64,000 nucleotides of DNA, from NCBI GenBank assembly GCA_964016885.1, contig OZ024743.1, positions 178,498,001-178,562,000 of the forward strand. The letters are read 5' to 3'. Under the pieces are notes generated by a model. That model was not told the origin of the DNA and searched no databases. It was given only the letters and a program-made list of their open reading frames with translations. Each line of letters starts with the position of its first letter. Positions within the stretch are counted from its first letter, which is position 1. This DNA is from Eledone cirrhosa (lineage: Eukaryota). The position numbers were made by a program, and so were the translations under genes. Positions 46,794 through 60,447 of this stretch are shown here, piece by piece.

Positions 46794-47762
46794 TAGAATT
46801 GAGATGGAGGGTCTGTGGTTTTTCAGCGTTAGCTATTTTTTATTTATTCTATTCAGTTCTGAGTCCACATGGTAAGGTGTTTTTTTCACAACAATGAGAA
46901 CATCAATAATAATGGCAAAATTTGCAATTAACAAATATAGAATTCTTGAGAAATCTATCGCTGTATCTAAGATATTTCTCGAACGTTTCCTTTCAATATA
47001 AAAACATTTTCTTATATTCTGTAACTCGCCTGACTTTCTGTCTTTCTTCCTTCTCTTTAACGTTCTCTTTTCTCTCTATCTCTCCTTCTTCCCTTTTCTG
47101 TTCTTTCACTGTCTCTCTCTCTCAGTCTCCCTCTCTTTCTCTCTCACCATTTCCTCCTTCTTCCCATGCACACATCCTCGCATAATCATACACATGTAAA
47201 ATATATGCACACCAACATTTAACTCTCGTATTCATATATATATATATATATATGTACTGTGTAGGGGAGGATAAATAGAAAGTGATAAATAAAAAGTATT
47301 ATATAAGAAAAATGCATGTCTAATTCCCAATATAAATACTCCTTGGTCGGTATTTTCATTGATTATTTTTTCTCCATAAACATGTGAGTTCTTGTCAAAC
47401 CATGGACGCCTAAGGAAGAATGGTCTGCGCTTGTACAGTTTTTCGATTCAATTCCCTGCAGGTTCTCATTTTATTTGCTCATTGGTCAACTTACTGACAT
47501 AATTCTTTCTTTCCTTTTTAAATATCGGCTGAAGACACTAGTTCGCCCTCACGGTTAGTAGAACCACACGCTAGATGTGTCCTCATAACATACTGTGGAT
47601 TCTTTAAAATATTTCATGTTTTATCATTTAAACTATGCTACAGTTTTATTGTATTTTATTTAACAGCCATTCTGTATTGATTATTTCTCTCTCATGGTTT
47701 ATTAAAAGTTTTAAAAGTGTTATATCGTTTACTTACTTGTCTAATATACTTGTGATATCTCT

Positions 47763-47851
<89 letters not shown>

Positions 47852-47866
47852 CATATATATATATAA

Positions 47867-47962
<96 letters not shown>

Positions 47963-48378
47963 GTTTGAATATGTGTAATAAGGCCAAAACAATGGAGGTA
48001 TGGACATAGAAAAAAGAATGCAATAGTAAAAGATATTGTTGAGAATTCGTCTTTCACCTTGAATTTATTTAAATGTCCTTTTTCGAGATAATATCTCTTC
48101 TTCGGAGGGAAATAAAGGTCTCAAACCAGCGTCTTAAATCTCTAGCCAAGCCATGCTGACCGGAAATAGTATAGAGTATCTGTTCTAACTCTAGTATCAA
48201 AGAATTAAAATTAGGTGGATAAAGAGTAGTTTCCCTTTAAGAGGGGTTTGTTTAGGGTTTTTTTGTTTTTTTTTTAAATTTTATATACGTGCCTGTATAT
48301 GTGTGTGGGAGGATGCATGAAGGTGTAGGTATGTGGGTGTGTGTGTGTGAGTGTGGGAAGATAGGTCTAATCGTAAAA

Positions 48379-48537
48379 ATGCCCGGGGAAGGTGGAGAGT
48401 AGAGGCTTGAGGACCTGGGAGAGAAGCCAGGAAATTTTGTATAGGGGTCCTTCTATGCTAGAGACGATGGGTCTTATTTGCGTCTTAGTACTATTCTTGT
48501 GGGTCTTGATGAGGTGGTAGAAAGTGGGCAGTCTTAC
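48379..48537 (-). pseudogene. PLE reverse transcriptase N-terminal fragment (motifs 1-2); absent from the ORF track
   Basis: Manual translation VRLPTFYHLIKTHKNSTKTQIRPIVSSIEGPLYKISWLLSQVLKPLLSTFPGH fits the PLE pattern P.FY.L.K.HK...RPIVS...P...IS..L...L.PL. Confidence 0.85.
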
Positions 48538-48883
48538 ACCTCCACTTATTCTCTCTCACACATACACACACAAAACCAGTTCTAACACCAGATAACACCT
48601 ACCCCCCACTTTTACGATTAGACCTATCTTCCCACACTCACACACAAACACACACATACCTACACTTTCATGCATCCTCCCACACACATATACAGGCACG
48701 TATATAAAATTTAAAGAAAAAAAAGAAAAAAAAAACCTAAACAAACCCCTCTTAAAGGGAGACTACTCTTTATCCACCTAATTTTAATTCTTTGATATTA
48801 TAGTTAGAACAGATACTCTATACTATTTCCGGTCAGCATGGCTTGGCTAGAGATTTAAGACGCTGGTTTGAGACCTTTATTTC

Positions 48884-48918
48884 CCTCCGAAGAAGAGATA
48901 TTATCTCGAAAATTAAGG
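48884..48918 (+). ncRNA. Variant minimal hammerhead motif (U4C)
   Basis: CCT-CCGAAGA-A-GAGAT(ATT)ATCTC-GAAA-AT-TA-AGG. The mirror copy near 48075-48110 has a 3-nt deletion at the cleavage site. Confidence 0.55.
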
Positions 48919-49101
48919 ACATTTAAATAAATTCAAGGTGAAAGACGAATTCTCAACAATATCTTTTACTATTGCATTCTTTTTTCTATGTCCATACCTG
49001 CATTGTTTTGGCCTTATTACACATATTCAAACGTTTATACCTCATTACACAATGCTTCAAGTGAACTATAACCTCCTCCTTATATATATATATATATATA
49101 A

Positions 49102-49183
<82 letters not shown>

Positions 49184-49287
49184 TTATTAAAATAACAGAT
49201 TAAAGTTTAAGCAAAGACTCGCTGCTTTCACCCTTAACGGGATCTTCTGAAACTTTGGATTTTAGTCTTCAATTTTATTATTATTAC

Positions 49288-50009
<722 letters not shown>

Positions 50010-51017
50010 TTCAGGTTTGAGGTTCATCACTGTATAGAGCTGGTCTATTCCGTATGGTCAATCGTAATGTAATAATATAGAGAGCACTCAACGTAAAGCT
50101 GTTCAACCGTCTTTGTTCTTGTAGTTGGTGGTGATATTACGGAGTTAAATATTATAATGAAATGACAGGAGGCTGGATTTGTGTAAATCCTTGAAAGGTT
50201 TATTATACTATGATAATTTCAATGACCGGCTTCATACGGAACCCGGTCATTGCAATGATCATAGTATAATAAATTTATATATATATATTTATATATATAT
50301 ATCTATATATATATATTTATATATATATTTATATATATATATATTTATATATATATTTATATATATATTTATATATATATTTATATATATATTTATATAT
50401 ATATATTTATATATATATATATTTATATATATATTTATATATATATAAACAATTAAGTTAAAAATGTACATCTACATATGCATACTGAAATACTAGTATG
50501 CATATGAATACACACACGTATACATATGTAGATGTAACAAGTCTTTCATTGGTTACTTTACTGTGAGTAACCCAGCTATTCTGTATGTAAACACACAGAC
50601 AAACCGGTTTTTAGAGTCATACTGGTTTTCGAGGAAACACCTTTCCTCTATTCTCCAGAAAAACAGACAAGGAATATTGAACTAGTTTCGTTGTTGTTAC
50701 AACTCATCAGCAATATTTACCTATCTACCGGCCTTTCTGGAGAATTGTAAAAGCACATTATTTGTTTTTATATATATATATTTATATATATATATTTATT
50801 TCGTTTCTGAATTTGTTTAGCAAGATTCTTTATCTGAAATCGTGTGTTGAAACCGATATTGTTATACTTTGGGAGGGTCATGTTGCCAATAAGAAACACA
50901 CGCACCAGTTGCTTTCACTTCAATTTATTATATATTTATAAATTTATAAATCTACAAATTTATAAATTTCTGGTTGGTTGGTTGGTTGGTTCCACAACCA
51001 GATAGTTGTTTATATAT

Positions 51018-51062
51018 AGTCATAGTCCTTTCGTCACACACTCTGTGACCTCTTCAGTGACT
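51018..51062 (-). ncRNA. Minimal type I hammerhead ribozyme (copies at 52573-52617 and 54123-54167)
   Basis: AGTCA-CTGAAGA-G-GTCAC(AGAGTGT)GTGAC-GAAA-GGAC-TA-TGACT: 5-bp stem I, 5-bp stem II, intact core, very short stem III. Confidence 0.85.
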
Positions 51063-51203
51063 GGAGATTCCTTTCTTTTTTTTTTTTTTTTCTGTGCCTT
51101 TCCTTTCTTCTGTCCTACGCCATTTTTGTGCCTTTCCTTTCTTTTCCAAAAATGGCGTAGGACAGAAGAAAGGAAAGGCACAGAAACAAAAAAAGGAATC
51201 CCC

Positions 51204-51248
51204 AGTCACTGAAGAGGTAACAGAGTGTGTGACGAAAGGACTATGACT
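51204..51248 (+). ncRNA. Minimal type I hammerhead ribozyme (copies at 52759-52803 and 54308-54352)
   Basis: Same motif with one stem II mismatch (GTAAC/GTGAC). Confidence 0.8.
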
Positions 51249-51473
51249 ATATATAAACAACTATCTGGTTGTGGAACCAACCAACCAACCAGAAATTTAT
51301 AAATTTGTAGATTTGTAAATTTATAAATTTATAAATATATAATAAATTGAAGTGAAAGCAACTGGTGCGTGTGTTTCTTATTGGCAACATGACCCTCCCA
51401 AAGTATAACAATATCGGTTTCAACAGACGATTTCAGATAAAGAATCTTGCTAAACAAATTCAGAAACGAAATA

Positions 51474-51569
<96 letters not shown>

Positions 51570-53028
51570 GCTTTGAGGTTCACCACTGTATAGAGCTGGT
51601 CTATTCCGTATGGTCAATCGTAATGTAATAATATAGAGAGCACTCAACGTAAAGCTGTTCAACCGTCTTTGTTCTTGTAGTTGGTGGTGATATTACGGAG
51701 TTAAATATTATAATGAAATGACAGGAGGCTGGATTTGTGTAAATCCTTGAAAGGTTTATTATACTATGATAATTTCAATGACCGGCTTCATACGGAACCC
51801 GGTCATTGCAATGATCATAGTATAATAAATTTATATATATATATTTATATATATATATCTATATATATATATTTATATATATATTTATATATATATATAT
51901 TTATATATATATTTATATATATATTTATATATATATTTATATATATATTTATATATATATATTTATATATATATATATTTATATATATATTTATATATAT
52001 ATAAACAATTAAGTTAAAAATGTACATCTACATATGCATACTGAAATACTAGTATGCATATGAATACACACACGTATACATATGTAGATGTAACAAGTCT
52101 TTCATTGGTTACTTTACTGTGAGTAACCCAGCTATTCTGTATGTAAACACACAGACAAACCGGTTTTTAGAGTCATACTGGTTTTCGAGGAAACACCTTT
52201 CCTCTATTCTCCAGAAAAACAGACAAGGAATATTAACTAGTTTCGTTGTTGTTACAACTCATCAGCAATATTTACCTATCTACCGGCCTTTCTGGAGAAT
52301 TGTAAAAGCACATTATTTGTTTTTATATATATATATTTATATATATATATTTATTTCGTTTCTGAATTTGTTTAGCAAGATTCTTTATCTGAAATCGTGT
52401 GTTGAAACCGATATTGTTATACTTTGGGAGGGTCATGTTGCCAATAAGAAACACACGCACCAGTTGCTTTCACTTCAATTTATTATATATTTATAAATTT
52501 ATAAATCTACAAATTTATAAATTTCTGGTTGGTTGGTTGGTTGGTTCCACAACCAGATAGTTGTTTATATATAGTCATAGTCCTTTCGTCACACACTCTG
52601 TGACCTCTTCAGTGACTGGAGATTCCTTTCTTTTTTTTTTTTTTTTCTGTGCCTTTCCTTTCTTCTGTCCTACGCCATTTTTGTGCCTTTCCTTTCTTTT
52701 CCAAAAATGGCGTAGGACAGAAGAAAGGAAAGGCACAGAAACAAAAAAAGGAATCCCCAGTCACTGAAGAGGTAACAGAGTGTGTGACGAAAGGACTATG
52801 ACTATATATAAACAACTATCTGGTTGTGGAACCAACCAACCAACCAGAAATTTATAAATTTGTAGATTTGTAAATTTATAAATTTATAAATATATAATAA
52901 ATTGAAGTGAAAGCAACTGGTGCGTGTGTTTCTTATTGGCAACATGACCCTCCCAAAGTATAACAATATCGGTTTCAACAGACGATTTCAGATAAAGAAT
53001 CTTGCTAAACAAATTCAGAAACGAAATA

Positions 53029-53110
<82 letters not shown>

Positions 53111-54589
53111 TATATTCAGCTTTGAGGTTCACCACTGTATAGAGCTGGTCTATTCCGTATGGTCAATCGTAATGTAATAATATAGAGAGCACTCAACGTA
53201 AAGCTGTTCAACCGTCTTTGTTCTTGTAGTTGGTGGTGATATTACGGAGTTAAATATTATAATGAAATGACAGGAGGCTGGATTTGTGTAAATCCTTGAA
53301 AGGTTTATTATACTATGATAATTTCAATGACCGGCTTCATACGGAACCCGGTCATTGCAATGATCATAGTATAATAAATTTATATATATATATTTATATA
53401 TATATATCTATATATATATATTTATATATATATTTATATATATATATATTTATATATATATTTATATATATATTTATATATATATTTATATATATATTTA
53501 TATATATATATTTATATATATATATATTTATATATATATTTATATATATATAAACAATTAAGTTAAAAATGTACATCTACATATGCATACTGAAATACTA
53601 GTATGCATATGAATACACACACGTATACATATGTAGATGTAACAAGTCTTTCATTGGTTACTTTACTGTGAGTAACCCAGCTATTCTGTATGTAAACACA
53701 CAGACAAACCGGTTTTTAGAGTCATACTGGTTTTCGAGGAAACACCTTTCCTCTATTCTCCAGAAAAACAGACAAGGAATATTGAACTAGTTTCGTTGTT
53801 GTTACAACTCATCAGCAATATTTACCTATCTACCGGCCTTTCTGGAGAATTGTAAAAGCACATTATTTGTTTTTATATATATATATTTATATATATATAT
53901 TTATTTCGTTTCTGAATTTGTTTAGCAAGATTCTTTATCTGAAATCGTGTGTTGAAACCGATATTGTTATACTTTGGGAGGGTCATGTTGCCAATAAGAA
54001 ACACACGCACCAGTTGCTTTCACTTCAATTTATTATATATTTATAAATTTATAAATCTACAAATTTATAAATTTCTGGTTGGTTGGTTGGTTGGTTCCAC
54101 AACCAGATAGTTGTCTATATATAGTCATAGTCCTTTCGTCACACACTCTGTGACCTCTTCAGTGACTGGAGATTCCTTTCTTTTTTTTTTTTTTTCTGTG
54201 CCTTTTCTTTCTTCTGTCCTACGCCATTTTTGTGCCTTTCCTTTCTTTTCCAAAAATGGCGTAGGACAGAAGAAAGGAAAGGCACAGAAACAAAAAAAGG
54301 AATCCCCAGTCACTGAAGAGGTAACAGAGTGTGTGACGAAAGGACTATGACTATATATAAACAACTATCTGGTTGTGGAACCAACCAACCAACCAGAAAT
54401 TTATAAATTTGTAGATTTGTAAATTTATAAATTTATAAATATATAATAAATTGAAGTGAAAGCAACTGGTGCGTGTGTTTCTTATTGGCAACATGACCCT
54501 CCCAAAGTATAACAATATCGGTTTCAACAGACGATTTCAGATAAAGAATCTTGCTAAACAAATTCAGAAACGAAATAAATATATATATA

Positions 54590-55204
54590 TAAATATATAT
54601 ATATAAATATATATATAAATATATATATATAAATATATATATAAATATATATATATATAAATATATATATATAAATATATATATATAAATATATATATAA
54701 ATATATATATATAAATATATATATAAATATATATATATATAAATATATATATATAAATATATATATAAATATATATATAAATATATATATATAAATATAT
54801 ATATAAATATATATATATATAAATATATATATATATAAATATATATATATATAAATATATATATATAAATATATATATAAATATATATATATAAATATAT
54901 ATATAAATATATATATAAATATATATATATAAATATAAATATATATATAAATATATATATATAAATATATATATAAATATATATATATAAATATATATAT
55001 ATAAATATATATATATAAATTTATATAAATATATATATATAAATATATATAAATATATATATATAAATATATATAAATATATATATATAAATATATATAA
55101 ATATATATATATAAATATATATAAATATATAAATATATATATATATAAATATATAAATATATATATATATAAATATATATATATATAAATATATATATAA
55201 ATAT

Positions 55205-55291
<87 letters not shown>

Positions 55292-55356
55292 AATATTTAT
55301 ATATTTATATATAAATATATATATATATATAAATATATATATATTTATATATAAAT

Positions 55357-55445
<89 letters not shown>

Positions 55446-55477
55446 TGTATATATATGTATATATATATAAATATATA
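54590..55477. repeat. Interrupted (TA)n array built from TAAA(TA)n units
   Basis: Seen directly. Confidence 0.95.
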
Positions 55478-55514
55478 CAATATAAAATGGAAACTATATT
55501 TATAAAACCATATT

Positions 55515-55580
55515 TATTTCATTATATATATTTCGGGGATATCATATTAACAATATGCTATGCCTTCCTCAGACAAAATA
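55515..55580 (-). ncRNA. Minimal hammerhead motif (mirror of 59599-59664)
   Basis: Reverse complement of the + copy. Confidence 0.7.
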
Positions 55581-55916
55581 CAATATAAACAGTTTTATAG
55601 ATAAATAGATTCGACATACCGTAACAACACCGACTTGCATTTGAAGAGGTTGATTTGGCAGTGAAAATATTTTACACAGAGAGAAAGAAAGAGAGAGAAA
55701 AAAAGAAAGAAAGACAGAAAACGAAGAAAAGGAAGAAAAAGAAGAAATGCATGGAACAAAATAGAGAGATGGAAAGATAGATAAAGAGAAGAACTTCATG
55801 TAAAGAAACAGAAAGATATATATATATAGAGAGAGAGAGAGGAAATAGAGATAGATACATATATATAGAAAATTAGGTAGTGGGAGGTCAGTTGAGTAAA
55901 TGTATCAATGATACAT

Positions 55917-55955
<39 letters not shown>

Positions 55956-56975
55956 GCTCTAGTATTAATGTAATGGAGATATATAGAGAGAGCAAAAATA
56001 TAGAGAGAGAAAAAAATAGCGAGAGAAAAAAATTTAAAAATAGCCAGATATATTCGAGGCGTAAAAACCCTATGTTTTAATGTATTAGTATTTATAAAAC
56101 TTCCACTATATTGTAAATATCAGTATTCCTGAATGAGACAAGTATCCATAGTGTGTGGAAATTAATTATCTTATGTTTAGTTTTCTAAAAAAATTCATAT
56201 GTTTATGTGATAGCTACAAACATCCATGTGAATCCACATGATCAACTCTGCAAACTCTAAGTTCACGGAAAACATTCTCAATGTGGTATAAAAATTTGAG
56301 TATACATATATGTGTATTATTATTCCTGTCTTTACTCTACAAGATTATCTATCAAGCAGAAATAGAGAGCAGATTTCAATATACTAATAAAAATATATAT
56401 CAGAAACAAAACTAAAAAAATAACAATAATAATAATAAGTAATAATAAAATAGAAAACTAAAAAAATATTACGAAAGAATATTACATATTAAAAATATTA
56501 CATATTAAAAAATTTACATATTAAAGATATTAAAAATAAAAATAAAAATAAAAATAAAAATAAAAAATATTAGAAAATACTACAATAATAAAAAATAAAA
56601 ATAAACCACAAAGATCAACCCTTCAAAATTAATTGACAATATATTGCCAAGTTCATTATAAGCATCAGAGTCGAAAAACAGACAAAGCCAAAAATTATCT
56701 ATCAAATCACATCTAGCAAAGATCATTTCAAAAAGTTCAAAAAGTTTATGATGCCCAATTTGGTCTACATGTGTTCTTATATTTAATATAGAAGTTTATC
56801 TAGTGTAAGGTTTATTCGAAATATTTGGAGCATCAGCTTTTAGGGTAGCTTAATTTTTCATGAGGAATGTTTAAATAAAAATAAAATAAAAATAAAAAAT
56901 AAAAAAAGAATAAAAAGAAGGAATCAAAGATTTATCGGCTAGTTTCCCATATAAATATAAATCAAACTAAATATA

Positions 56976-57866
56976 CTACATTTTAAATTTAAATTTATAT
57001 TTAAACGTTGAGTTTAATCTATGTTTGCAACAACTGAATAAATTTGTCCGTAGATTAAGGGAATTTTTAGATTTTAGTATAAAGAATATCTCCTCTGCGC
57101 AGAGGTCACATGTCTCAGAGGATGAATTAAAAGGAATCCCTCTTGAGACTATATTCCAAGCCGTCGAATATCTAACGTTATCTAGCTTAAGTTGCCAGAG
57201 TACGCCTGATAGTGCCGTTGAAGATTTTTTTACTTGGATCTGTGAAAGAATTCTTGTGGTTATTATAGCGAAGTTTAAATTCCGTCGATGTGGAACCGAC
57301 GTAGTTAAAAGAATTAAAGTCAGTATTAACATTACAATTGTATACTATATTTTTAACTAAGCAGTTGTTATTTAACGGACATTTAGATCTATCTCTACAG
57401 TTACATTTGTTAACTTGTATATTATTTATGCTATTATCACTAGGTTTTAAGTTCCTATTATTTATTCTATTAATATTTTGTGCTAAATTTTTGGTGGATG
57501 AGTAGGTTAATTTAATTGTATGCCTATTGAAAATTGAGTGATACCTATGTGTTCTAGGGAAGCGATTATCAAGAGCTTTGAAAAATAGTTTAGCGATGTG
57601 GGTTTTAATGTTTAGTGAGAAAGGGGGGGCAAACCAAATTATGTTCCTAGTTCTATTTCTTTTTTGGTCTTTGGAATTATTGTAATGCTTTCTATTATAG
57701 TTGTTAAGGTTGTTGCCGTAATTAAAAAAGTTGTTACTTTGTTTAGTTTGTCTATCATTATCTATGTACACAATCTTATCAGCATATCCTGCTCTAGCTA
57801 ATGCTTCATTATAGTATTGGGCCTTTTCGTCGAAAATCTTTCTATTCGACGAGATCCTAGAGATAC
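56976..57866 (-). pseudogene. PLE ORF C-terminus: linker, Cys cluster and GIY-YIG endonuclease (possibly Naiad-type); one +1 frameshift
   Basis: IIWFAPPFS..IFNRHTIKLTYS..CNCR..CPLNNNC..IVY..YVGST..FKLRYNNH, then STALS..W..CDLC.EE..LNLR..CKH. The frameshift is in a 7-A run near 57225-57231. Confidence 0.88.
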
Positions 57867-57868
57867 GT

Positions 57869-58186
57869 TCCACATCGACGGAATTTAAACTTCGCTATAA
57901 TAACCACAAGAATTCTTTCACAGATCCAAGCAAAAAATCTTCAACGGCACTATCAGGCGTACTCTGGCAACTTAAGCTAGATAACGTTAGATATTCGACG
58001 GCTTGGAATATAGTCTCAAGAGGGATTCCTTTTAATTCATCCTCTGAGACATGTGACCTCTGCGCAGAGGAGATATTCTTTATACTAAAATCTAAAAATT
58101 CACTTAATCTACGGACAAATTTATTCAGTTGTTGCAAACATAGATTAAACTCAACGTTTAAATATAAATTTAAATTTAAAATGTAG
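57869..58186 (+). pseudogene. Inverted second copy of the GIY-YIG C-terminal half, frame intact, no start codon
   Basis: Reads STSTEFKLRYNNHKNSFTDPSKKSSTALSGVLWQLK..CDLCAEE..CCKHR..KM* without interruption (6-A run). Confidence 0.85.
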
Positions 58187-59598
58187 TATATTTAGTTTGA
58201 TTTATATTTATATGGGAAACTAGCCGATAAATCTTTGATTCCTTCTTTTTATTCTTTTTTATTTTTTATTTTTATTTTATTTTTATTTTATTTTTATTTA
58301 AACATTCCTCATGAAAAATTAAGCTACCCTAAAAGCTGATGCTCCAAATATTTCGAATAAACCTTACACTAGATAAACTTCTATATTAAATATAAGAACA
58401 CATGTAGACCAAATTGGGCATCATAAACTTTTTGAACTTTTTGAAATGATCTTTGCTAGATGTGATTTGATAGATAATTTTTGGCTTTGTCTGTTTTTCG
58501 ACTCTGATGCTTATAATGAACTTGGCAATATATTGTCAATTAATTTTGAAGGGTTGATCTTTGTGGTTTATTTTTATTTTTTATTATTGTAGTATTTTCT
58601 AATATTTTTTATTTTTATTTTTATTTTTATTTTTATTTTTATTTTTATTTTTATTTTTATTTTTAATATCTTTAATATCTAAATTTTTTAATATGTAATA
58701 TTTTTAATATGTAATATTCTTTCGTAATATTTTTTTAGTTTTCTATTTTATTATTACTTATTATTATTATTGTTATTTTTTTAGTTTTGTTTCTGATATA
58801 TATTTTTATTAGTATATTGAAATCTGCTCTCTATTTCTGCTTGATAGATAATCTTGTAGAGTAAAGACAGGAATAATAATACATATATATGTATACTCAA
58901 ATTTTTATACCACATTGAGAATGTTTTCCGTGAACTTAGAGTTTGCAGAGTTTTTCATGTGGATTCACATGGATGTTTGTAGCTATCACATAAACATATG
59001 AATTTTTTTAGAAAACTAAACATAAGATAATTAATTTTCACACACTATGGATACTTGTCTCATTCAGGAATACTGATATTTACAATATAGTGGAAGTTTT
59101 ATAAATACTAATACATTAAAACATAGGGTTTTTACGCCTCGAATATATCTGGCTATTTTTAAATTTTTTTCTCTCGCTATTTTTTCTCTCTATATATTTT
59201 TTCTCTATATATATATCTCCCTTACATTAATACTAGAGCTAAATAAATAAATAAATAAATAAATGTATCATTGATACATTTACTCAACTGACCTCCCACT
59301 ACCTAATTTTCTATATATATGTATCTATCTCTATTTCCTCTCTCTCTATATATATATATATCTCTTTCTGTTTCTTTACATGAAGTTCTTCTCTTTATCT
59401 ATCTTTCCATCTCTCTATTTTGTTCCATGCATTTCTTCTTTTTCTTCCTTTTCTTCGTTTTCTGTCTTTCTTTCTTTTTTACTCTCTCTTTCTTTCTCTC
59501 TGTGTAAAATTTTTTCACTGCCAAATCAACCTCTTCAAATGCAAGTCGGTGTTGTTACGGTATGTCGAATCTATTTATCTATAAAACTGTTTATATTG

Positions 59599-59664
59599 TA
59601 TTTTGTCTGAGGAAGGCATAGCATATTGTTAATATGATATCCCCGAAATATATATAATGAAATA
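59599..59664 (+). ncRNA. Minimal type I hammerhead motif
   Basis: TATTTTGT-CTGAGGA-imperfect stem II (CATATT/AATATG)-GAAA-TATATA-TA-ATGAAATA: 8-bp stem I with two G.U pairs and palindromic stem III. Confidence 0.7.
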
Positions 59665-59795
59665 AATATGGTTTTATAAATATAGTTTCCATTTATTTAA
59701 TATTGTAAATATACTCCAAATATTTGTCGAGTGCTTTTATATCAGTTATAAATATTTACTAGTTGTAACCCAACAATTTTAAATATAACTTTCCA

Positions 59796-60263
<468 letters not shown>

Positions 60264-60447
60264 TTGCGAGGTTTTTTATATGAAATCGTGTGTCGAAACA
60301 GATATTGTTATATTTGGGGAGGGTCATATTTGCGTAATATTGCCAGAATTAATAACAGAACACACTCACTGTTTGGTTGGTTTTCGCTTCTCGCTGTCTT
60401 TTATATATATATATCTGCGATCTAACTTACTCGGTCCTCAATGTTGC

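Larger units (their letters stand above)
47956..49081 (-). mobile_element. PLE remnant A: ~425-bp inverted arms (47956-48378 and 48610-49039) around an RT fragment, plus tail 49040-49081, inserted in (TA)n
   Basis: Arms are near-exact reverse complements (AAACGTTTGAATATGTG and CACATATTCAAACGTTT); the spacer encodes PLE RT motifs; an HHR-like motif lies in the arms. Confidence 0.85.
50770..51500. mobile_element. Non-coding palindrome of two divergent PLE-type termini (~350-bp arms, 18-nt spacer 51129-51146); repeated at about 52325-53050 and 53875-54590
   Basis: Arms are reverse complements, each carries an HHR, and the ends match element C at 60275-60330. Confidence 0.8.
50010..54590. repeat. 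Three near-identical tandem ~1.55-kb units (periods 1556 and 1549): segment A, (TA)n, segment B, (TA)n, ~720-bp palindrome, (TA)n
   Basis: Units start TTCAG(G/C)TTTGAGG at 50010, 51566 and 53115; ORF-track blocks recur at 50179, 51735 and 53284. Confidence 0.95.
55485..59795 (-). mobile_element. PLE remnant B: 5'-truncated element with ~1.8-kb inverted arms (55485-57296 and 57867-59694), 570-bp spacer and ~100-nt tail, inserted in (TA)n
   Basis: Arms are reverse complements with few differences, encode a GIY-YIG endonuclease and carry an HHR near each outer end. Confidence 0.92.

Noticed and set aside
57025-58137. ORFs 57025-57360 (+) and 57895-58137 (-)
   Set aside because: Antisense shadows of the GIY-YIG coding strand.
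56976-58186. Selenocysteine (in-frame TGA) recoding, as reported for some Naiad PLEs
   Set aside because: The Cys positions visible here use TGT or TGC, and no in-frame TGA was seen in the fragment.
60280-60447. N-terminus of an intact 217-aa stand-alone nuclease
   Set aside because: These codons come from the inverted non-coding terminus; the in-frame fusion looks accidental.
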